Below, one piece after another: positions 39,638 to 49,046 of a stretch of 64,000 nucleotides of DNA. Under the pieces are notes generated by a model that ran no database searches, was not told the origin of the DNA, and worked only from the letters and a program-made list of their open reading frames with translations. The stretch is taken from positions 6,812 through 70,811 of the forward strand of contig CAYXPQ010000001.1 in assembly GCA_964467225.1 (NCBI GenBank), written 5' to 3'. The position numbers and the translations under genes were made by a program. Source of the stretch: an uncultured Candidatus Saccharibacteria bacterium (lineage in GTDB: Bacteria; Patescibacteriota; Minisyncoccia; Phycocordibacterales; PALSA-1337). Position 1 is the first letter of the stretch; every line of letters begins with the position of its first letter.

Positions 39638-39709
39638 GCGCCCGTGGTGAAATGGATATCATACCGGTCTTCGGAACCGTTGTTGGGGGTTCGAGTCCCT
39701 CCGGGCGCA
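39638..39709 (+). tRNA. tRNA-Arg (TCG)
   Basis: GCGCCCG/CGGGCGC acceptor stem, loop CTTCGGA, GTTCGAGTC T-arm; no encoded CCA. Confidence 0.93.
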
Positions 39710-39768
39710 CAAAATTAGGGTGTTTTGATTTGGTAAAAAATTAAAACTAATATATAATGACTCAAATT

Positions 39769-39839
39769 GCGGGTATGGTTTAGTGGTAGAATGCGTCCTT
39801 GCCAAGGACGAGGCGGGAGTTCGATTCTCCCTACCCGCA
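39769..39839 (+). tRNA. tRNA-Gly (GCC)
   Basis: GCGGGTA/TACCCGC stem, CGTCC-TTGCCAA-GGACG, GTTCGATTC. Confidence 0.95.
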
Positions 39840-39876
39840 CAGAAATCTTAAAGTACAGTCTTTTTATAAGAGTCAT

Positions 39877-39930
39877 TTGTCCACTATTATTCACAAATAC
39901 CCTTAAAACTGTGGATAACTCTGTGGATTA
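39877..39930. promoter_or_regulatory. second DnaA-box cluster
   Basis: TTGTCCACT 39877, TTATTCACA 39887, TGTGGATAA 39910, TGTGGATTA 39922. Confidence 0.65.
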
Positions 39931-40010
39931 TGTTTATTAGACATAAATAATATGGCTTATAATCGTGTCTTTTGTCTTTTTTAATAGTGTTAATTAATTT
40001 ATGAATAATC

Positions 40011-40379
40011 ATGAATAATAGGGAAAAAGGTGATATAGGTGAAGGTATTGCATGTAACTATTTAAAAAATAGGGGATATCTGATACAAAATAGAAATTAT
40101 CGAGAGAAATATGGTGAAATTGATATTATCGCTGTAAAAGATAATATTCTTCATTTTATTGAGGTAAAATCAGTCTATATAGACAAGAGTCATGATAAAT
40201 ATAGGCCAGAGGAGAATGTTCACGATCTCAAACAGAGAAAATTAAGAAGGATTATTCAAGTATATATTAATAGGAACAATCTATCCAATTCAGAATTTAG
40301 ATTTCATGTTATAACAGTAAAAATAGATAATTTTAACAACAAATGTTATATCAAAATGTTAGAAAACATTATTCTGTAG
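40011..40379 (+). CDS. YraN family (UPF0102) protein
   Basis: GDIGEGIACNYL, RNYREKYGEIDII, FIEVK. Confidence 0.9.
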   Translation: MNNREKGDIGEGIACNYLKNRGYLIQNRNYREKYGEIDIIAVKDNILHFIEVKSVYIDKSHDKYRPEENVHDLKQRKLRRIIQVYINRNNLSNSEFRFHVITVKIDNFNNKCYIKMLENIIL

Positions 40380-40415
40380 AGTTTTTTTATATGCTGTGTT
40401 AGTATGATGGAATAT

Positions 40416-40488
40416 CGGAGCGTGGTGTAACGGCTAACATGCTTCTTTTGGGAAGAAGTGACTCCGGGTTCGAATCCCGGCGCTCCGA
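40416..40488 (+). tRNA. tRNA-Pro (TGG)
   Basis: CGGAGCG/CGCTCCG stem, CTTCT-TTTGGGA-AGAAG, GTTCGAATC. Confidence 0.95.
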
Positions 40489-40493
40489 CAAGT

Positions 40494-40916
40494 ATGAAGA
40501 AAATATTAAATTTTTTCGACAAATTTGAAGATCGTGTAAGAGGTAATCTAAGTAGGTATCCTATTTTATATACAATAATTGGAAGTATAGCTATAGTTTT
40601 GTTTTGGAGAGGGGTGTGGCATACAGCTGATATGTTACAAGAACAGGGTGGAATCTTAGGATTTATATTCTATGAGCCAGTAAACATGATTTTGGTTGTT
40701 ATTGTGCTTCTGTCTACTGGTCTTTTTGTATCATATTTTATTGGAGATACAATTCTTATTTCAGGTCTTAAACAACAAAAGAAGACAACAGAGAAAACAG
40801 AGAAGGAGATAAAGGATGAAGAGGGAAGACTAGATGAAATAAGGGATTCTATTAAAGAATTGAAGAGTGAAGTTGAAGAAATAATAGAAGTAATAGAAAA
40901 AGTGGAAAAAAAATAG
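40494..40916 (+). CDS. membrane protein with two TMs and coiled-coil C-terminus
   Basis: ATG at 40494 (track start at 40458 lies inside the tRNA); VLFWRGVWH motif. Confidence 0.8.
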   Translation: MKKILNFFDKFEDRVRGNLSRYPILYTIIGSIAIVLFWRGVWHTADMLQEQGGILGFIFYEPVNMILVVIVLLSTGLFVSYFIGDTILISGLKQQKKTTEKTEKEIKDEEGRLDEIRDSIKELKSEVEEIIEVIEKVEKK

Positions 40917-40950
40917 AATTCTTGCTAGTATAGATTTTGTTGAAATATAT

Positions 40951-41021
40951 GCGGGATTAGTTTAGTGGTAAAACTACAGTTTTCCAAACTGTTGTCGGGA
41001 GTTCGATTCCCCCATCCCGCA
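40951..41021 (+). tRNA. tRNA-Gly (TCC)
   Basis: GCGGGAT/ATCCCGC stem, ACAGT-TTTCCAA-ACTGT, GTTCGATTC. Confidence 0.94.
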
Positions 41022-41026
41022 CAAAA

Positions 41027-41584
41027 ATGCAAATTGAATTTAACAAAGTGACTTGGTATTCAAAATTAGGCGCTTTAATACTATTTATTTTTGTAATTCC
41101 ATCACTAACATTCTATATTGGAAGGAAATATGAAGAAGTACAAAATTTAAGTATTTATACTGAAATTCCAGATTCAAAAATAATAAAATCTTTAAATTCT
41201 GACTATTTAAATTCAACTTATAATATTGATGGTGAGACTATAATCTTGAAAAATGGTAAGGCAGATAATGTAACTATATTTGGCAAGCCAGTAATGGCAG
41301 ATCTTAATGGTGACAATAAAGAAGATGCAGTATTCTTTTTAGTTCAAGATACAAGTGGAACTGGAGTATTTACTTATGTTGTTACATCAATCAGCAAAGA
41401 TGCAGTTTTTATTGGTGATAGGATATCACCTCAGAATATAAATGTGGATAATAAAGGTTTAATTAAGGTTAATTATGTTACTAGGAAAGAAAATGAACCT
41501 TTCAGTGCAGAACCATCTGTTGGTGTAACAAAATACTTTAAAGTCATTAATAGAGAGTTGGTGGAAATAAAAGCTGATCATTAA
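41027..41584 (+). CDS. membrane-anchored exported protein
   Basis: VTWYSK then TM; ADLNGDNKED Ca-binding-like loop; SGTG..Y and GDRI motifs. Confidence 0.78.
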   Translation: MQIEFNKVTWYSKLGALILFIFVIPSLTFYIGRKYEEVQNLSIYTEIPDSKIIKSLNSDYLNSTYNIDGETIILKNGKADNVTIFGKPVMADLNGDNKEDAVFFLVQDTSGTGVFTYVVTSISKDAVFIGDRISPQNINVDNKGLIKVNYVTRKENEPFSAEPSVGVTKYFKVINRELVEIKADH

Positions 41585-41603
41585 TTTTCGTTACCAGTTG
41601 TTG

Positions 41604-42425
41604 TTAAAAGAAGTCCTTACCTAACTTTATTTTTAATTTCTCCGACTTTATTTTGTTTCTTGATATTTTAATTTTGCTCTTTATTTTTCTTTCAAGAAAT
41701 TTTTTCAATGATTTTATAGTCTCTTCATTAAATGATGTAGTCTTAATATAAAAATTATCAATTTCGTCTGAAATTTTTTTGTCTAAATAAACTTCTGTAA
41801 TATAATCACCAATTACTGTTACATAATAGTTGTTACCCTCAAATACTTTTCTATAATTATATTGAATATGTTGATCATTCAAATCTTTTTTTATTTGTTT
41901 GTCTAAAAAAGTTGTTCCTCCAACATTCATTAAAAAATTCCTCCCACTACCAACAATCTCTTGCAGAAGGTCCTTCTCAGATTTGTTTCGTGCTAAATAC
42001 AACCAGTAATGTGGATCATAGCAGTATATAGATTCATTTTTTGGAGAATTATGCAAAAAAATAGTTTGAGAATGACCCCAAAAGATGTCTAAATTATTAA
42101 GATTTCTAAAAGAGTAGCTTAAATACTCACCATCTTCTAGATTTAGTGCATCAAAAGAATTTTGATTTAAAAGATATTTTTCGTCGGCAAGCTCAAATAT
42201 TCTTTTAAGCTTCTTAATCCATGCTGTATTCAATGAAACTATACCTCTATATACAAGTACTATCTCACTTTTTTTGAGTTTACGAATAATTGCATAGAAT
42301 CCTTGCTTAGTTGTGTTTTTTCTAACTAATTTTACTTCTTCGAGTAGAGTGGTAGATCGTTGCTCGCCTTTTATTAATTTTGAAATAATTATATCTTCAA
42401 TTTTCTTTGGTGTTATTAAATCCAT
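41604..42425 (-). CDS. hypothetical protein, possible N-terminal winged HTH
   Basis: TTKQGFYAIIRKLKKSEIV helix pattern; divergent from SDR-like gene. Confidence 0.65.
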   Translation of the reverse strand: MDLITPKKIEDIIISKLIKGEQRSTTLLEEVKLVRKNTTKQGFYAIIRKLKKSEIVLVYRGIVSLNTAWIKKLKRIFELADEKYLLNQNSFDALNLEDGEYLSYSFRNLNNLDIFWGHSQTIFLHNSPKNESIYCYDPHYWLYLARNKSEKDLLQEIVGSGRNFLMNVGGTTFLDKQIKKDLNDQHIQYNYRKVFEGNNYYVTVIGDYITEVYLDKKISDEIDNFYIKTTSFNEETIKSLKKFLERKIKSKIKISRNKIKSEKLKIKLGKDFF

Positions 42426-42444
42426 GTAATTAATTATATATAAA

Positions 42445-42463
42445 AGTAAACAAAATGTTTACT
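42445..42463. promoter_or_regulatory. palindromic operator in divergent promoter
   Basis: AGTAAACA-aaa-TGTTTACT. Confidence 0.55.
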
Positions 42464-42522
42464 ATTTTAGTATAAAACCACATTTATTTGATAATGTACA
42501 GTGGGTATATTATTATAAAAAT

Positions 42523-43323
42523 ATGAAAAATAAAAGATTAATTATAATTTCAGGTGTAACAGGGGCAATAGGTAGCGCTTTATTTGCAGAATATGGTCAA
42601 TATAAGAATAATATTGTTTACGGTATAAGTAGAAAGGCAAGACCAATTAATTCTTTTTTGAAGAATGGCAAATTGCCGTTTAATACGCTAATATGCTCGT
42701 TAGATTCATCAAATGACTACGCAAAACTATTTAGATCAATTGATTATTCATTAATTAGTGAAGTTGTCTATATTCACGCACTGGGTCTTTATCCATTTGA
42801 AGTTGATAATAATGGTCAGATTAAGATAGAGAATGATAATGATGAAGACGGTATTAATGATGAAGTAATGAAATTAACACTAGAATTATTCTCTAAGGTA
42901 ACTGAGAGTTTGCAAGATAATTGGAAGGGAGTAACAAAATGTGTGATTTTCGGTGGAATCGCAGACAAATATACTCCAACAATTCATCAATCATGGTGGA
43001 AAGTGATGGGAATGACCAAAAATTATATGTTGAATCAGGTTAAATTCAAGTCAAAATTATCAATGATACTAATAAATATATCTTCTGTACTATGTCCACA
43101 TGAGGTAATCACAAGGCCATTTGTCTTTACTAATACAGATGCCCAAAAGGAATACTGGTTGCACCCATATAAATTAGCTAAATTTGTGCTAAGTATAGTT
43201 AAAATGGCTTTACCAGGCTATCATGAAGTTGAAAAGTATAAAATTAAGCCGAACTTTCAGATAAATGATTACTATAGGGATGATAATTTCACCCCAAGGA
43301 AAGTAAGAGAGTTATACAAATAA
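42523..43323 (+). CDS. atypical SDR/Rossmann-fold protein
   Basis: IIISGVTGAIGSAL nucleotide-binding motif, VYGISR; canonical YxxxK not evident. Confidence 0.7.
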   Translation: MKNKRLIIISGVTGAIGSALFAEYGQYKNNIVYGISRKARPINSFLKNGKLPFNTLICSLDSSNDYAKLFRSIDYSLISEVVYIHALGLYPFEVDNNGQIKIENDNDEDGINDEVMKLTLELFSKVTESLQDNWKGVTKCVIFGGIADKYTPTIHQSWWKVMGMTKNYMLNQVKFKSKLSMILINISSVLCPHEVITRPFVFTNTDAQKEYWLHPYKLAKFVLSIVKMALPGYHEVEKYKIKPNFQINDYYRDDNFTPRKVRELYK

Positions 43324-43334
43324 AATACACCAAA

Positions 43335-43370
43335 AATCAAAAAACCACCTGTTATGGCGGTTTTTTGATT
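43335..43370. terminator. bidirectional terminator
   Basis: AATCAAAAAACC...GGTTTTTTGATT. Confidence 0.75.
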
Positions 43371-43397
43371 AATAATGGCTCGAGCGAGCTATTATTG

Positions 43398-43670
43398 CTA
43401 TTTTACTGCGTCCTTCAATGCCTTTGCAGCTCGGAACTTTGGAACTTTCATAGATGGAACCTTGATAGATTCACCAGTTCTTGGGTTTCTAGCTTCTCTT
43501 GCTGCTCTTTGCTTTACTGAGAAGATACCAAGTCCTGCAATAGATACTTCCTCACCTTTCTTTAGAGAATCGATAATTGAGTTCAAAACTGTTTCTACTG
43601 CTTGTTCTGCTTGAACCTTTGTTCCTCCAAGCACTGCATGCACTGCATCTACAATTCCTGCTTTATTCAT
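43398..43670 (-). CDS. hup: HU DNA-binding protein
   Basis: MNKAG, GLGIFSV, ARNPRTGE, PKFRAAKALKDAVK. Confidence 0.96.
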   Translation of the reverse strand: MNKAGIVDAVHAVLGGTKVQAEQAVETVLNSIIDSLKKGEEVSIAGLGIFSVKQRAAREARNPRTGESIKVPSMKVPKFRAAKALKDAVK

Positions 43671-43767
43671 AATTAATTTAATTAATAAGTACTAATAATG
43701 TTTCTAACCTCCATACAATTATATAATAAGCCATTTTTTGCGCAATAGAAGTTTTATTACCCAATTT

Positions 43768-45300
43768 TTATCTTGCAAAGTCAATTATTCGTGTTTCTCG
43801 AATAATCGTAACTTTAATTTCTCCTGGATATTTAAGTTCTTTTTCAATTTTTAGTGCAATATCTCTTGCCATATTCTTTGCCTCTATATCAGTAATTTTC
43901 TCTGGGGTGACAAATATTCTTATTTCACGTCCAGCCTGAAGAGCGTATGACTTCTCGACACCATTAAATGAATTAGCTATAGCTTCTAAATCCCCTAATC
44001 TTCTAAGATAATTTTCAATACTGTCATTTCTGGCCCCAGGTCTAGCTCCTGATATTGCATCTGCTGTCTGAACAATTCTGGATTCTATTGTTTCATAAGG
44101 ATACTCTTCATGATGAGCTTGCATTGCTTTGATGATGTCTTCGTTAGCGCCAAATTTCTGAAGAATTCTTCGTCCAATCTCTACATGCGTACCTGCCACT
44201 TCATGATCTAATGCTTTGCCTAAATCATGTAATAGTGCTCCAGCCTTAGCTACTGCTATATTTGCTCCAATCTCTGTAGCTATCATGCCTGCAATATGTG
44301 ACATTTCTATTGAGTGCTGAAGTACATTCTGACCATAACTTGTTCTGAAGTATAGTCTACCTAGAACTAGTAATATTCTTGGATCAAGACCAATCACTCC
44401 ACATTCATATGCTGCTTGTTCGCCTTTTTCTTTAATTATTTTATTTATATTATTGTGAGCTGATTCAACCGCCTTCTCGATCTTTACAGGTTGTATTCTT
44501 CCATCCTTTATTAATTCTTCTAAGGCGACCTTGGCAATATGTCTCCTTACTGGATCAAATGATGAAATAATTATTGTACCTGGAGTGTCATCTACTATTA
44601 CTTCTACACCAGTCATCCTTTCAAAAGTCTTGATATTTCTACCTTCCTTACCTATTATTTTACCTTTAAGTTCATCATTTGGAATACTTACTGTTGTAGA
44701 CATAATATCTGAAGCAACTGAGTTAGCTAGACGTTGAATAGATGAAGCTAGAATATCCTGAGCTTTTCTCTCAAGTAATTCCTCCCCATTTTGTTCAAAT
44801 TTTTGAATTCTAACTAAGAGGTCTTCTTCAGAATTTTTTTCTATTGATTTTAATAAAGTTTGTTTTGCTTCATCGGTAGTCATCTTGGCTACTTTTTCAA
44901 GAGCTTGAACCTTCTCAGATTCTAGCTTTTCCGCCCTGTCCTTGAGAGATTTTATTTCGGCCATTTTTTCTTTGATTGATTCAATCTCTCTATCTACGTC
45001 TACTTGTCTCTTATCTAATATGTCTTCTTTTTTTATTAATCTTGATTCATATTGCTTAATTTTGTCTTCCTTCTCCTTTATTTCGAAACGAGCTTCTTCT
45101 GTTATCTTTCCTGCCTTTGATTCAGCCTCACTTGTAATTTTCTTTGCTTCTTCCTTTGCTGTTAGAAGCATTTCTTTGATCTCTAGTTCCATTGACCCCT
45201 TTTTACCCAAAGAGATAATAAGTCGAAGGTAATAACCTATGGCTATTCCAGCTATACCCGCAATACTCAAGAGTGCTGCAACTGTTTTTAATGATGTCAT
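43768..45300 (-). CDS. rny: ribonuclease Y
   Basis: N-terminal TM, coiled coil, KH (KIIGKEGRNI), RTSYGQNVLQHS, LLHDLGK, ADAISGARPGAR. Confidence 0.96.
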   Translation of the reverse strand: MTSLKTVAALLSIAGIAGIAIGYYLRLIISLGKKGSMELEIKEMLLTAKEEAKKITSEAESKAGKITEEARFEIKEKEDKIKQYESRLIKKEDILDKRQVDVDREIESIKEKMAEIKSLKDRAEKLESEKVQALEKVAKMTTDEAKQTLLKSIEKNSEEDLLVRIQKFEQNGEELLERKAQDILASSIQRLANSVASDIMSTTVSIPNDELKGKIIGKEGRNIKTFERMTGVEVIVDDTPGTIIISSFDPVRRHIAKVALEELIKDGRIQPVKIEKAVESAHNNINKIIKEKGEQAAYECGVIGLDPRILLVLGRLYFRTSYGQNVLQHSIEMSHIAGMIATEIGANIAVAKAGALLHDLGKALDHEVAGTHVEIGRRILQKFGANEDIIKAMQAHHEEYPYETIESRIVQTADAISGARPGARNDSIENYLRRLGDLEAIANSFNGVEKSYALQAGREIRIFVTPEKITDIEAKNMARDIALKIEKELKYPGEIKVTIIRETRIIDFAR

Positions 45301-45436
45301 ATGCGAATATCAATCCGCTTTTTCGTGACTATAAATCTTAAATGTAATTATTCTAATCATGGTATAATCGGCAATCTAAAAGTCTCTAAAAGTGAAATGA
45401 AAAAATTAAATTTATAACGCCACAACTATATCACGC

Positions 45437-46006
45437 TTAAATTATCTTGTCGATTATACCGTACTTCTTGGCTTCCTCTGCATCCATGAAGAAATTTCTG
45501 TCTACATCCTTTTCAATTTTAGTCAAACTTTGACCTGTATTCTTCGCTAGCATTTTATTTAATGTTTCTCTTGTTCTAAGTATATGTTTAGCACTGATTT
45601 CGATATCTGAAGCTTGGCCTTCAGCACCTCCAAGTGGCTGATGAATCATCACTTCTGAATTAGGTAGGGCAGAGCGCTTTCCCTTTTTCCCTGAAGAAAG
45701 TATTAATGCTCCCATAGATGCTGCTACTCCTACACATACTGTAGAGACATCATTCTTAATGTTATTCATTGTGTCTATTATTGCTAGACCTGCAGTTACA
45801 ACTCCACCAGGGGAATTTATATACATTGTGATATCCTTCTTTGAATCTTCTGCTTGTAAGAATAGTAATTGAGCGATCACAATATTTGCAACATGATCAT
45901 CAATTGGTCCTCCTAGGAAAATAATATTCTCTTTTAATAATCTTGAATATATATCATAAGCTCTTTCGCCCAAATTGGTTTTTTCTATTACGGTTGGTAT
46001 TAACAT
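45437..46006 (-). CDS. clpP: Clp protease proteolytic subunit (start likely 46006, MLIPTV)
   Basis: DIYSRLL, YINSPGG, AASMG, MIHQP. Confidence 0.97.
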   Translation of the reverse strand: MLIPTVIEKTNLGERAYDIYSRLLKENIIFLGGPIDDHVANIVIAQLLFLQAEDSKKDITMYINSPGGVVTAGLAIIDTMNNIKNDVSTVCVGVAASMGALILSSGKKGKRSALPNSEVMIHQPLGGAEGQASDIEISAKHILRTRETLNKMLAKNTGQSLTKIEKDVDRNFFMDAEEAKKYGIIDKII

Positions 46007-46093
46007 AATTTTAAAATTTAATATAAGTAATAATTTCATATTACCTTATGTTTCATATTTGGCAAATTTAATTTTTGGTTATACACTTGCAGT

Positions 46094-46786
46094 ATGAAAC
46101 TACATAGATTTTTTGTTCAAGATAAGTTGAAGAATAAACAAAGTATAACTATTGCCCGTGAGGATCTTCTCAACCAATTAAAGAATGTTTTTCGGTTTAT
46201 TAAAGGTGATCAAGTTATATTATTTGATAATTCTGGTGATGATTTTATATTTGCAATTGATGGATATGTTTCAGATGGGGTTTCATTCAGTTTGATTGAG
46301 GTGCGTAGAAATATTGTTATACCTGTTAGAGAAACATATCTTTTTTCTTCAATTGTTAAAAAAGATAATTTTGAATGGATTACTCAGAAAGCTACTGAAC
46401 TTGGTGTTTCACATATAATTCCCATAGCATCTGATCGTAGTGAAAAGAAGGATTTAAATATGGATAGGATAAATAAAATAATTGTGGAAGCTGCTGAACA
46501 ATCTGGTCGTGGAACATTGCCAATATTATATGAAGTAACTGATTTAAAGTCTGCTCTATCAAATTATGGTCATGTGAAATCCATTGCTTGGGATCCTTCA
46601 GCAACAAAATTTTCTTCAGAGGATATGATTGATTGCATTGGAGCTTATATCGGTCCAGAAGGGGGTTGGTCTCAACAAGAGTTAGAATTGTTCAAGGAGC
46701 GTGGAATGAAAGTTAAATCTTTAGGTCCACAAACCTTGCGCTCTGAGACTGCTGTTATAGCAGTTGTTTCACAACTAGTCTTTTAG
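46094..46786 (+). CDS. rsmE: 16S rRNA m3U1498 methyltransferase
   Basis: QKATELGV, EAAEQSGR, IGPEGG, LGPQTLRSETA. Confidence 0.94.
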   Translation: MKLHRFFVQDKLKNKQSITIAREDLLNQLKNVFRFIKGDQVILFDNSGDDFIFAIDGYVSDGVSFSLIEVRRNIVIPVRETYLFSSIVKKDNFEWITQKATELGVSHIIPIASDRSEKKDLNMDRINKIIVEAAEQSGRGTLPILYEVTDLKSALSNYGHVKSIAWDPSATKFSSEDMIDCIGAYIGPEGGWSQQELELFKERGMKVKSLGPQTLRSETAVIAVVSQLVF

Positions 46787-47773
46787 ACTTTCAAGAAACT
46801 GATAGACTTTCTCGTTTGTTAGAACTGTTTCAGCATATGTATATGCGAGCTCATTGTCTGCATCTTTATAATGTGCTAAAATGTGTCTAACTTCTTCCTC
46901 AATTTCTTTTTGATCAACAACAATCTTTTCTAGTTTAACAATGTTGTTGAGGATAAGTTGGAGCTTAGCTTTTTTATCCGCGTGTGGACGCCAGTCTTGT
47001 CTCAAATCTTCAATTGTTTTCTTGGCGTGCTTAAGATAATCCTCTAGGGTTACTCCCATGCGCTTAACATCATCTGAAAACTGAGCTTCGATTCTTCGAA
47101 CTTCGCTGTCAATAAGTAGTTCAGGAATCTCTGTAGATGATGCTTCTAGGATTGCGTCTGAAAGAGCAATTCGCCTTTTCTCCTGCACTTGAAATTTTTT
47201 GTCTTGCACAAGAGCCTCCTTGACTCTTTTTTTAAAGTCATCTGATTCATGATCATGACCAGTATGATCTTCATGTGATGAGACAATTTTTTTGATTGCT
47301 TCTTCTACTTCTGCTTCAGTAACTTCAATTTTTTCTTCTGGCTTTTTTGACTCTTTCTTGGCTATTGATTTGTAGTCAGCCATTTTGATTTCAGGAATGA
47401 CAGCAGTTTTTATCTTAAATTCAAGAGGAATATTTGCAGCAATTTTGGTGATGCTAATTTCTGGTCTACCGATAGCTTCAATATTCTCTTTAATTATTAT
47501 TTCAGGGTAAGCTCGTGATAAAGCAAGTTCTGCCATTTCTTCAAGTATCGCCATTTCACCCACTTTTGAGATTAAGATATTCTCAGGTACCTTGCCTTTA
47601 CGAAATCCATCAACTGTAATTTCATTATTAATATTTTCTAGAGCTTTATTTCTAAATGAAGAGAAAGCTTCAACCTTAATTGACCCCGTGATTTCTACCA
47701 TAGATTTTGGTAGTTTGTTTATTTTTATATTTTCTACTGTTTCAATATTTTTGTTGTTTTTCATGATTTTCAC
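46775..47773 (-). CDS. tig: trigger factor, apparently lacking the FKBP domain
   Basis: VDGFRKGKVP ribosome-binding motif; N and C domains joined by a short His-rich linker. Confidence 0.88.
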   Translation of the reverse strand: MKIMKNNKNIETVENIKINKLPKSMVEITGSIKVEAFSSFRNKALENINNEITVDGFRKGKVPENILISKVGEMAILEEMAELALSRAYPEIIIKENIEAIGRPEISITKIAANIPLEFKIKTAVIPEIKMADYKSIAKKESKKPEEKIEVTEAEVEEAIKKIVSSHEDHTGHDHESDDFKKRVKEALVQDKKFQVQEKRRIALSDAILEASSTEIPELLIDSEVRRIEAQFSDDVKRMGVTLEDYLKHAKKTIEDLRQDWRPHADKKAKLQLILNNIVKLEKIVVDQKEIEEEVRHILAHYKDADNELAYTYAETVLTNEKVYQFLESLKD

Positions 47774-47811
47774 AGTCTACCTCAAATATCATTTTTAGCA
47801 AGTTGTCAAAA

Positions 47812-47847
47812 CAAAAATCCCATCATTCAAACATGATGAGATTTTTG
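47812..47847 (-). terminator. intrinsic terminator
   Basis: CAAAAATCCCATCAT...ATGATGAGATTTTTG. Confidence 0.65.
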
Positions 47848-47868
47848 AAATTAACTCAGCTAATTTTA

Positions 47869-48177
47869 TTAGAAGCTTGCATCTATATCTTTTAATTGAT
47901 TATCTAATTCAGCATCTAGATTGGCTTCATCTGCTTTGATTGTATCTGTATTATTAATATCAACACTATCATTTCTAGGTGGTAATGAAGTAGTGTTGTC
48001 TGTATTTGGAATTAGTTGATTATTATCTAATCTCTTTCCGAAGAAATATAATGCAGCAATTATTATTAATATAACAATGATTAATGTGCCAATTATTGGA
48101 CCGATCTTCTTCTCTTCATTGATTGTTGGTGGCATACCATTCATCATGCCACTTGAATTTTGTGTATTAATATCCAT
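47869..48177 (-). CDS. small bitopic membrane protein
   Basis: GPIIGTLIIVILIIIAALYFFG TM; acidic tail. Confidence 0.75.
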   Translation of the reverse strand: MDINTQNSSGMMNGMPPTINEEKKIGPIIGTLIIVILIIIAALYFFGKRLDNNQLIPNTDNTTSLPPRNDSVDINNTDTIKADEANLDAELDNQLKDIDASF

Positions 48178-48192
48178 GTTTTTATTATTTAA

Positions 48193-48921
48193 TTATCTAG
48201 TAGTTGTTGCTTGAGTGTTGGTCGAATTTACTGGTGGTGTACTTGTTGAAGTTACAGGGCTGACATTAGCTATTGTCTTTAATACCACTTTAAGCGAATC
48301 CCTAGCTTCTTTTACCGCCTTTATAGCGTCATCTCCAGTCTTTCTAGGTTTCTCTAAATTTACTTCTGTACTTGTTGAATTTGTGCTTGGAGCTATAGTT
48401 GGTGTAGGAAGATTCGTGAAAACTTCTATTGCAAGCTTAGCTTTAGCGATTTTATCATTTGCAATAGTTAGATCTGCTCTAGCCTTGGTCATATCTCTAC
48501 CTTTACCTTCCAAAAATACAATTCTTTCAAGAATATTTCCGCTAATTTTTGTGAGATTATTTAGACTGGCATTAAGTTCCTTTAACAATGCTTGCTTTCT
48601 CATCTCATAAGAATTCAACTGGATTTTCTTTAGTATTTCACCTCTCTCGTTCTTTAAAATCCTGAATGTAGCGGTAGTTGAGGCTCTAATGTCCTTTCTC
48701 TCATCCTTCAATTCTTTTAATCTCTCGGTAGTCGAAGCTCTTAATTCCTTCCTCTCTTCAATTTTAATGTTTCTAATATCCTTATTCTTTTCGAATTTAG
48801 TTTCAATTTTTTCTTTTACTTGAACAATTCTTTCTCTATCTTCTGCTTTTGCAACATTTAGAGCCACAATTAGACTCAAAATAGCAAAAAATGATGCTAT
48901 ATTTACAGTTTTTAATTTCAT
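48193..48921 (-). CDS. secreted coiled-coil protein with internal RASTT repeats
   Basis: Signal peptide; ERKELRASTT / ERKDIRASTT; S/T-rich tail. Confidence 0.78.
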   Translation of the reverse strand: MKLKTVNIASFFAILSLIVALNVAKAEDRERIVQVKEKIETKFEKNKDIRNIKIEERKELRASTTERLKELKDERKDIRASTTATFRILKNERGEILKKIQLNSYEMRKQALLKELNASLNNLTKISGNILERIVFLEGKGRDMTKARADLTIANDKIAKAKLAIEVFTNLPTPTIAPSTNSTSTEVNLEKPRKTGDDAIKAVKEARDSLKVVLKTIANVSPVTSTSTPPVNSTNTQATTTR

Positions 48922-48990
48922 TTTATTATTTTAATAATTTATTAGCCAATAAATAGTTACAAGCCAGTAACTTTGTTTCTATTATATAAC

Positions 48991-49024
48991 AAAAGAACTA
49001 CTAGCAATAGTAGTTCTTTTTTTT
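48991..49024. terminator. terminator after nusA
   Basis: AAAAGAACTACTA-gcaa-TAGTAGTTCTTTT. Confidence 0.8.
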
Positions 49025-49046
49025 AACAATTAATTTTGTTTAATAA

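Noticed and set aside
39519-39710. 63-aa minus-strand ORF
   Set aside because: Antisense to tRNA-Arg; a typical tRNA shadow ORF.
45995-46030. TTATGTTAA resembling the XerD arm of dif
   Set aside because: No XerC arm at 6-bp spacing, it overlaps the clpP start, and the region is origin-proximal.
46566-46581. CATGTGAAAT half parS in rsmE
   Set aside because: Left arm does not match and the site is isolated.
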